Part shown: one piece after another, positions 54,604-64,000 of the stretch | Layout of the letters: each line of letters begins with the position of its first letter | How positions within the stretch are numbered: position 1 is the stretch's first letter | Assembly (NCBI GenBank): GCA_964016885.1 | Contig: OZ024761.1 | Span: forward strand, 4,898,001 to 4,962,000 | Length of the DNA: 64,000 nt | Source of the DNA: Eledone cirrhosa | Lineage: Eukaryota | Direction of reading: 5' to 3' | The notes under the pieces: model-generated | The model's input: the letters and a program-made list of their open reading frames with translations, nothing else | What the model was told of the DNA's origin: nothing | The model's database searches: none | Position numbers and translations under genes: made by a program

Positions 54604-54745
54604 TATGTATCAGGATTAAACCAGTATTAAACTAATTAAACCATTATTCAACATGTGGAGCAACGATGCTGTATAAAGTTGGGAAACAGCTTGGAAATGC
54701 CCAAACGGAAACCAACAGGTTTTCGGTGGCATGGCCATGGGTTGA

Positions 54746-54783
<38 letters not shown>

Positions 54784-55034
54784 ATAGTGTGTGTGTGGGG
54801 GGGGGTAGTACAGTGAGTTGCTGGTGTTGGTACCAAGTCAAGTACTCTATACACATGCATATATATATTTTTTTTTTTGCCACATCGCCAGTCTGAGGAA
54901 CAGATCGATAATAGAGTCGGGTCCATAACTTCTATGGGTTACTTTGAGCCAATCCTCTGCGAAACGCGCGTAACAATAAACATTTTTTACATGTAAACAA
55001 AACTTCCTCGTTTTTTTCGATTATATACATATAT

Positions 55035-55111
<77 letters not shown>

Positions 55112-55185
55112 CACACACGTGTGTGTGTCTGTAAAACTATGGGCTATGTACTAAAACCGTACGAATATGAATACGTACCTTATAT

Positions 55186-56340
55186 ATGAGGTCTGTTGAA
55201 AGAGTAAACGACATTATAATTTTTTTCGGTGGGAAACAATAGCGTTAGGGAGACAAAAATATGCAGAGTGGAGCCGCATATATTTATACACATGCGTGGT
55301 TTTTAGCCAGCTCTCTGGGTACACCAGACACTTGACAGTGTGTGAGGTGCTCTACCTCTTCCACGTCACATCATCATTTCGTCTGTGATAACCAAACATG
55401 TGGAGCAACGATGCTATATAAAGTTGGGAAACAACTTGGAGATGCCCAAACGGAAACCATTCGTGAGATTCAACAGGGTTTCGGTGGCACGGCCATGGGT
55501 GGGACGGTCAAATAGAAGACTGGTACAACAGGTTTTCGGTGGGACGGCCAAATAGAAGACTGGTACAACAGTGTTTCGGTGGCACGGCCATGGGTGGCAC
55601 GGCCAAATAGAAGACTGGTACAACAGGGTTTCGGTGGCCCGGCCAAATAGAAGACTGGTACAACAGGGTTTCGGTAGCATGGCCATGGGTGGCACGGCCA
55701 AATAGAAGACTGGTACAACAGGGTTTCGGTGGCCCGGCCAAATAGAAGACTGGTACAACAGGGTTTCGGTGGCCCGGCCAAATAGAAGACTGGTACAACA
55801 GGGTTTCGGTGGCTCGGCCAAATAGAAGAATGGTACAACAGGGTTTCGGTGGCCCGGCCAAATAGAAGACTGGTACAACAGGGTTTCGGTAGCATGGCCA
55901 TGGGTGGCACAGCCAAATAGAAGACTGGTACAACAGGGTTTCGGTGGCCCGGCCAAATAGAAGACTGGTACAACAGGGTTTCGGTGGCCCGGCCAAATAG
56001 AAGACTGGTACAACAAGGTTTCGGTAGCACGGCCATGGGCGGCACGGCCAAATATAAGACTGGTACAACAGGGTTTCGGTAGCACGGCCATGGGTGGCAC
56101 GGCCAAATAGAAGACTGGTACAACAGGGTTTCGGTAGCACGGCCATGGGTGGCACGGCCAAATAGAAGAATGGTACAACAGGGTTTCGGTAGCACGGCCA
56201 TGGGTGGCACGGCCAAATAGAAGACTGGTACAACAGGGTTTCGGTAGCACGGCCATGGGTGGCACGGCAAAATAGAGTGACCTGCGTTCCGGGAGATGAC
56301 CAGCAAGCCGCAACACAATTGTTATGGAGGATGTGGAACG
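55186..56340 (+). mobile_element. mariner relic: left TIR + N-terminal HTH of the transposase, interrupted by a 40/55-bp satellite derived from itself (55470-56275)
   Basis: TA-tgaggtctgttgaaagagt TIR-like start; frameshifted EQRCYIK..QLGDAQTETIREIQQGFGGTAMG..QIEDWYNRF; resumes as SDLRSGR after the array; partial second copy at 54650-54742. Confidence 0.72.
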
Positions 56341-56575
56341 GTCTTCTGTCGGTTACGACGATGAGTATTCCAGTTGTTCAATCAACGCAACAGCCCTGCT
56401 CATGAAATTGTCATGTAAGTGACTGAGCATGCCAAGACACGTGTACACTTAATGTAATTGTCAGGGAAATTCAGTATGATAGTGTGTGACAAGGCTGGAC
56501 CTCTGAATTATAGGTATGGCTCATGAAATTAACGTCTAAGTGGCCGAGCATTCTAGAGACCCGTGGCGCCTTAAC

Positions 56576-57471
56576 GTAATTCTCTCGGGGAGATATAGTC
56601 AGACGACTGTCTATACCTGTAATTCTCTCGGGGATATATGGTCAGACGGACTGTCTATACCTGTAATTCTCTCGGGGATAATTAGTCAGACGGACTGTCT
56701 ATACCTGTAATTCTCTCGGGGAGCTTTAGTCAGACGACTGTCTATACCTGTAATTCTCTCGGGGAGATTTAGTCAGACGACTGTCTATACCTGTAATTCT
56801 CTCGGGGAGTTTTAGTCACACGACTGTCTATACCTGTAATTCTCTCGGGGAGATATAGTCAGACGGACTGTCTATACCTGTAATTCTCTCGGGGAGCTTT
56901 AGTCAGACGACTGTCTATACCTGTAATTCTCTCGGGGAGATTTAGTCAGACGACTGTCTATACCTGTAATTCTCTCGGGGAGCTTTAGTCAGACGACTGT
57001 CTATACCTGTAATTCTCTCGGGGATATATAGTCACACGACTGTCTATACCTGTAATTCTCTCGGGGAGATATAGTCAGACGACTGTCTATACCTGTAATT
57101 CTCTCGGGGAGATTTAGTCAGACGACTGTCTATACCTGTAATTCTCTCGGGGATATATAGTCACACGACTGTCTATACCTGTAATTCTCTCGGGGAGATA
57201 TAGTCAGACGGACTGTCTATACCTGTAATTCTCTCGGGGAGATATAGTCAGACGTACTGTCTATACCTGTAATTCTTTCGGGGAGATATACTCACACGAC
57301 TGTCTATACCTGTAATTCTCTCGGGTAGATATAGTCTGACGACTGTCTATACCTGTAATTCTCTCGGGGAGATATAGTCAGACAGACTGTCTATACCTGT
57401 AATTCTCTCGGGGACATATAGTCACACGACTGTCTATACCTGTAATTCACAGAATTACAGGTATAGACAGT
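56576..57471. repeat. 43-bp minisatellite, about 20 copies, ending in an inverted repeat
   Basis: Unit gtaattctctcggggagatatagtcagacgactgtctatacct. Confidence 0.94.
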
Positions 57472-57851
57472 CCGTCAGACGGGCTTCAAAACTGTTTCTG
57501 TCTGCCAAATCTCACTTACAACAGATGGCAGGACCACCACCCGTGACTATAGGGATTGACACTTGCTTAAGATGTTGTTAGATCGAACTCGGGGCTTAAT
57601 CGAACCTCTTAAACCTTCGATGAACTGCCACCACAATTTTCGGCAATAAATTATGGAAGACTAAACTGGCACTTCGTCAGTTACGACGAGTGATCAACTG
57701 AACAGCCTGCTCGTGAAATTAACGTAGAAGTGGCTGAGCATTCCACAGACACGCGTCCCCTTAACGGAGTTCTCAGGGAAATTCAGTGTGACACAGAATA
57801 TGACAAGGCTGGCCCTTCGAATTACAGGTACAACTCATTTATTCCAGCTGA

Positions 57852-59403
57852 GTGGACTGGAGCAACGTGAAATAAAGTGTCTTGCTTCAGGACACAGTGG
57901 ACTGGAGCAGCGTGAAATAAAGTGTCTTGCTCAAGGACACAGTACACTGGAGCAACGTGAAATAAAGTGTCTTGCTTAAGGACACAGTGGACTGGAGCAA
58001 TGTGAAATAAAGTGTCTTGCTTAAGGACACAGTGGACTGGAGCAACGTGAAATAAAGTGTCTTGCTTAAGGACACAGTGGACTGGAGCAACGTGAAATAA
58101 AGTGTCTTGCTTAAGGACACAGTGGACTGGAGCAACGTGAAATAAAGTGTCTTGCTTAAGGACAGTGGACTGGAGCAACGTGAAATAAAGTGTCTTGCTG
58201 AAGGACACAGTGGACTGGAGCAACGTGAAATAAAGTGTCTTGCTTAAGGACACAGTGGACTGGAGCAACGTGAAATAAAGTGTCTTGATTAAGGACACAG
58301 TGGACTGGCGCAACGTGAAATAAAGTGTCTTGCTTAAGGACACAGTGGACTGGAGCAACGTGAAATAAAGTGTCTTGCTTAAGGACACAGTGGAGTGGAG
58401 CAACGTGAAATAAAGTGTTTTGCTTAAGGACACAGTGGACTGGAGCAGGGTGAAATAAAGTGTCTTGCTTAAGGAAACAGTGGACTGAAGCAACGTGAAA
58501 TAAAGTGTCTTGCTTAAGGACACAGTGGACTGGAGCAGGGTGAAATAAAGTGTCTTGCTTAAGGACACAGTGGACTGGAGCAACATGAAATAAAGTGTCT
58601 TGCTTAAGGACACAGTGGACTGGAGCAGGGTGAAATAAAGTGTCTTGCTTAAGGACACAGTGGACTGGAGCAACGTGAAATAAAGTGTCTTGCTTAAGGA
58701 CACAATGGACTGGAGCAGGGTGAAATAAAGTGTCTTGCTTAAGGACACAGTGAACTGGAGCAACGTGAAATAAAGTGTCTTGCTTAAGGACACAGTGGAC
58801 TGGATGAGGGTGAAATAAAGTGTCTTGCTCAAGGACACAGTGGACTGGAGCAACGTGAAATAAAGTGTCTTGTTCAAGGACACAGTGGACTGGAGCAACG
58901 TGAAATAAAGTGTCTTGCTGAAGGACACAGTAGACTGGAGCAACGTGAAATAAAGTGTCTTGCTTTAGGACACAGTGGACTGGAGCAGGGTGAAATAAAG
59001 TGTCTTGCTTAAGGACACAGTGGACTGGAGCAACGTGAAATAAAGTGTCTTGCTTAAGGACACAGTGGACTGGATGAGGGTGAAATAAAGTGTCTTGCTC
59101 AAGGACACAGTGGACTGGAGCAACGTGAAATAAAGTGTCTTGTTCAAGGACACAGTGGACTGGAGCAACGTGAAATAAAGTATCTTGTTCAAGGACACAG
59201 TGGACTGGAGCAACGTGAAATAAAGTGTCTTGCTGAAGGACACAGTAGACTGGAGCAACGTGAAATAAAGTGTCTTGCTTTAGGACACAGTGGACTGGAG
59301 CAGGGTGAAATAAAGTGTCTTGCTTAAGGACACAGTGGACTGGAGCAACGTGAAATAAAGTGTCTTGCTTAAGGACACAGTGGACTGGAGCAACGTGGAA
59401 TAA
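57852..59403. repeat. 45-bp minisatellite, about 34 copies, expanded inside a family-B SINE
   Basis: Unit agtggactggagcaacgtgaaataaagtgtcttgcttaaggacac; SINE sequence continues on both sides; single-copy version at ~43490-43530. Confidence 0.95.
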
Positions 59404-59525
59404 AGCGCGACATCGGGAATCGAACTGACAACCTTACGAACATAAGCCGAATAGCGTAACCAGTGAGCCTGACGCTATGGAAGGCTAACATGAAATGTGA
59501 AACAACAACAAAGAAAGTCTCCTAC

Positions 59526-59583
59526 CTGCTTGTGATGCCAATACTATCAACACCAATAATTGGAATGGCCTGGGAGATTCCAT
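59526..59583 (-). CDS. TF: transferrin-family protein, exon 1 (signal peptide)
   Basis: acaATGG start; MESPRPFQLLVLIVLASQA G|gtagg; phase 1 joins exon 2 to give ...ASQAVIA-EPRLC; exons sum to 945 nt = 314 aa + stop. Confidence 0.85.
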
Positions 59584-59672
59584 TGTTCTTTCTAGTTCTG
59601 TCTCTGTTGACTCAGTTGTGTGTTATGCTGCTTATTTGGTTCCGACTGTCTCTGCTGTTGAAATCTACCGTA

Positions 59673-59679
59673 TTTTATA
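59673..59679 (-). promoter_or_regulatory. candidate TATA box of the transferrin gene
   Basis: TATAAAA on the minus strand ~30 nt upstream of an Inr-like ACAGTC (~59647) and ~90 nt upstream of the ATG. Confidence 0.6.
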
Positions 59680-60084
59680 CCTGCAACCACCTAGACACCC
59701 CACCACAGGACACCTGGTCACTCCACACCTAGACACGCCACTCCAACACAGCTAGACACCCCACCACCCGGTCACCTAGACACCCCACCACAGGTCACCT
59801 GGTCACTCCACACCTAGACACCCCACTCCAACACAGCTAGACACCCCACCACCCGGTCACCTAGACACCCCACCTCAGGACACCTAGTCACTCCACACCT
59901 AGACACCCCACTCCAACACAGCTAGACACCCCACCATCCGGTCACCTAGACACCCCACCACCAAGACAGCTAGACCCCCCCCCCCCACACACACACACCA
60001 CCACCCCACGCCACCACACCACCTCCCAAACACCTTTAGGGATGAAATCAATGACACCTGTCTTACGGATGTATTTTCTAGGCT

Positions 60085-60583
60085 CTACTCTCTCTCCTCC
60101 TCTCCCCCTCCCCCTGTCTGTCTCCTTCCTCTCCTCCTCTCTCTCTCTCCTCTCCCCATGTCTGTCCTCTCTCTCTCTCTCTCTCCCCATGTCTGTCCTC
60201 TCTCTCTCTCTCTCCTCTCCCCATGTCTATCCTCTCTCTCTCTCTCTCCTCTCCCCATGTCTGTCCTCTCTCTCTCTCTCTCCTCTCCCCATGTCTGTCC
60301 TCTCTCTCTCTCTCCTCTCCCCATGTCTGTCCTCTCTCTCCACCTCCTCTCCCATGTCTGTCCTCTCCTTCCTCTCCTCTTGTCCCCCCTCTCTCACTCT
60401 CTCTCCCTCTTCTCTCTCTCATCTCTCCCCCCTCTTCTCTCTCTGTCTCTCTCTCAACTCTCTCTCTCTTTTTTCCCCCTCCCACTTTCCCTCAAAGAGA
60501 TGCTTTCAATCAAATATTTTCTGTTCCATTCTTGTTACTGTTGTTGTTGTTATTGTTGTTGTTACTGTTGTTGCTGTGGTTAC

Positions 60584-60620
<37 letters not shown>

Positions 60621-60715
60621 ACTGTTGTTGTTGTTGTTACTGTTGTTGTTGTTGTTGTTGTTGTTGCTGTGGTTACTGTTGCTGTTGCTGTGGTTACTGT
60701 TGTTTTTACTGTTGC

Positions 60716-60749
<34 letters not shown>

Positions 60750-60781
60750 ACTGTTGTTGCTGTGGTTACTGTTGTTTTTAC

Positions 60782-60818
<37 letters not shown>

Positions 60819-61915
60819 ACTGTTGTTGCTGTGGTTACTGTTGTTACTGTTGTTGTTGTTATTGTTGTTGTTACTGTGGTTACTGTTGTTGTTGTTGTTA
60901 CTGCTGTTGTTGTTGTTACTGCTGTTGTTGTTGTTACTGTTGTTAGTGTGGTTACTGTTGTTACTGTTGTTGTTGTTATTGTTGTTGTTACTGTGGTTAT
61001 TGTTGTTGTTGTTGTTGTTACTGTTGTTGTTGTTGTTGTTACTGTGGTTACTGTTGTTGTTACTGTTGTTGTTGTTGTAACTGTTGTTGTTGTTGTTGTT
61101 GTTACTGTGGTTACTGTTGTTGTTACTGTTGTTGTTGTTGTTACTGTTGTTGTTGTTGTTACTGTTGTTGTTGTTGTTATTGTTGGTGATGTTAGTGTGA
61201 CTAAATTATAATTATAGTAGTAGTAGTAGTAGCAGTAGCAGTAGTAGTAGTAGTGGTAGTAGTGGTAGTAGTGGTGGTGGTGGTGGTGGTGGTGGTGGTG
61301 GTACAGAGCAGTACGAGGACTCTGAGAAACTAGGAGCCAATCACCAGACCTTGTCATTGTATAGTTTCCCTTGACAATATCATTTATTAACAACAAAATA
61401 TAACCCCCACCCCGCCACCCCACCAACACACCACCACCAACACACCACCACCACAACCACCACTACTACCATCACCACTACCACCACACTGATTTGATAC
61501 CCCCCCCCCCCCGCCCCACCACCACCGCTACCACACTGTTCTCATCCACTCCACCCCACCACCACCACCAACATCCCAATCTACCCCACCCCACGACCAC
61601 CAACACCCCAACCCCACCACCTCCAGCACAATTACCCCACCGATCCCCTACCCCCACCACCGCCACCACACTCTTCTGATCCACCCCACCTCACCACCGC
61701 CACCATCAGTTTAAGCCTATAACCGGATTAAGACACCAAACAATAGAATCATCAGAGGGAGCCACTGGGTGGTTACTAGACTTACTAGAACTATCCGCTA
61801 ATATACCCTCACCATTACCCACCCCACCACCACCACCACCACCACCACCACTACCACCACCCCACCTCACCACCACCACAGCACCACCACACTACACCCC
61901 CACCCCACCACCATC
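60085..61915. repeat. block of low-complexity repeats: CT-rich, (GTT)n, (GTA/GGT)n and (CCA)n
   Basis: Seen directly; source of the long poly-V/T/L/C ORFs. Confidence 0.95.
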
Positions 61916-63738
61916 TAATTAACACATTTACCTTCTTAGAGAAGGATGCCTTAACTAATGTACTTTTGGTTATTGCTCTTGTGCACACACACAGACACAT
62001 ACACAGATACACACACACATAACTACACACGTACATACACATACACACGCATGCACACATAAATATACACATATACAAATATATACACATACATACAATT
62101 TAATTAATTGTAAAGGACTGTTTGAGTTTATAACTCTAAATATAATATAATACACATACATACATACATATACAAATATACATACATACATATATACATA
62201 CATACACACATACATACACACATATACGTATATACATACATACATACATACACATACACATACACATACACACATACATACATACATACATGGTGGCTGC
62301 CAACTCGTTTTCGAGTACGGCCACTACTTTATATCCATGTAGGAGAACCCCTACCGATGCGCTGAACGAGTGTGACTTTTTAGTCCAGCCAGTGACTTGA
62401 AAACTCTGGTACAAACACTACACTTGTGACAATTATTGACACATAGTGCTGGGCCCATGGTACCATGTGACAACAAGTGCAGAGAGATCTCCAGATACAA
62501 AGCAATGCCTGTGCCGTGAGGCTTTTATAGTGAGCAAAGGCACTGCACAAAGCCAGTCCCACTCTCTTAACCAAGATGATATTTACCAAAAAGAAGAACA
62601 AGTCAACATCATTGGATACCATCAGGGTTGCAGGTGTTATAGGAGAATTCTAGAAGGAAAACTCTGACATACATACATACATACATACATACATACATAC
62701 ATACATACATACATACATACATACATACATACATACATACATGGTGGCTGCCAACTCGTTTTCGAGTACGGCCACTACTTTATATCCATGTAGGAGAACG
62801 CCTACCGATGCGCTGAACGAGTGTGACTTTTTAGTCCAGCCAGCGTATTGAAAACTCTGGTACAAACACTACACTTGTGACAATTATTGACACATAGTGC
62901 TGGGCCCATGGTACCATGTGAGGACAAGTGCAGAGAGACCTCCAGATATAAAGCAATGCCTGTGCCGTGAAGCTTTTATAGTGAGCAAAGGCACTGCACA
63001 AAGCCAGTCCCTCTCTCTTAACCAAGATGATATTTACCAAAAAGAAGAACAAGTCAACATCATTGGATACCATCAAGGTTGCAGGTGTTATATCAGAGTT
63101 TTCCTTCTCCTAGAATTCTGCCTTGACAAAGGCTAAGGGGTCATCTCTCCCGGTGATTTTGGATGGCCATTGACTCTTAAGAACTCCTTTGCCCTTTGAC
63201 AGGTTTTGTTTTTAGTCCTGCAGGATGTCCAAAGTCACCCTCCTCACCAAGAAACCTTGGTGGGGTTGCCAGTTTAGTCGCCAACGACCCGACCATGAGA
63301 CAGGTTGTACTGGGATACATGTTACCAGTAGCACCAACTGGTGACCTGACACAATACATACATGCATACACACATACATACATACATACATACATACATA
63401 CATACATACATACATACATACATACATGCATACATACGTACATACATACATACACGCGCATACACATACCTATATAGACACACATACATACACACATAGA
63501 CACACACACGTTAAGGAAAGACTGTGTTGTCATGGTTGGAAGGTCTCCGTTAATAAAATGGCCTCCATTTCTGAGATCACGTTCAGTTAAACAACAGCAA
63601 CACTATCAACAGTCATATGCATATACACATATACACACTCACACATACACACACATACACACTCATACACATATACACACATACACACTCATACACACTC
63701 ATACACATACACATACACACACATGCACACACATACAC

Positions 63739-63867
<129 letters not shown>

Positions 63868-63941
63868 TAATAACAAATATAACAAACGGCACAGTACATG
63901 GAAGAAATATATTAATATATCGCTTGAAAAAGCAGGATATG

Positions 63942-64000
<59 letters not shown>

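Noticed and set aside
55414-56318. three overlapping 240-300-aa ORFs
   Set aside because: They are stop-free readings of a satellite on the strand opposite the mariner relic.
57822-59258. 373-aa and neighbouring repetitive ORFs
   Set aside because: They are translations of a 45-bp SINE-derived satellite whose unit is a multiple of 3.
59584-59650. iron-responsive element in the transferrin 5' UTR
   Set aside because: No CAGUGN loop hairpin was found on the transcribed strand.
60042-61456. mucin-like or poly-V/T/L/C ORFs (also 52980-53535 and all YI/CV/HT-repeat ORFs)
   Set aside because: These are microsatellite translations with no splice or domain evidence.

Overview
This is AT-rich, microsatellite-saturated eukaryotic DNA. 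The SINE families and the (TA)n/(TACA)n load resemble an octopus or other cephalopod genome (inference). Nearly all ORFs in the supplied track are artefacts of simple repeats. One host gene can be fully reconstructed: a 4-exon, minus-strand, secreted single-lobe transferrin of 314 aa (CDS 59583->42646). Its introns are packed with TE-derived minisatellites. The rest is a retroelement landscape organised by microsatellite targets. (i) Penelope-like elements (RT + GIY-YIG) and about a dozen type-I hammerhead-ribozyme cassettes sit between (TA)n arrays. Many have fold-back (palindromic) 5' ends. These include a ~10.9 kb spacerless palindrome of a Penelope element (11993-22870) and a small fold-back centred on a ribozyme stem-loop (22885-23000). 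(ii) A TA-flanked, inverted-repeat-bounded cassette carries an intronless PPAT/purF fragment (30791-33361). (iii) R4/Dong-like and RTE-related elements lie in (TACA)n. There are also fragments of L1/Tx1, CRE, RTE, Helitron, mariner and hAT elements, and many SINEs. All motifs were read by eye; no database search or folding program was run.
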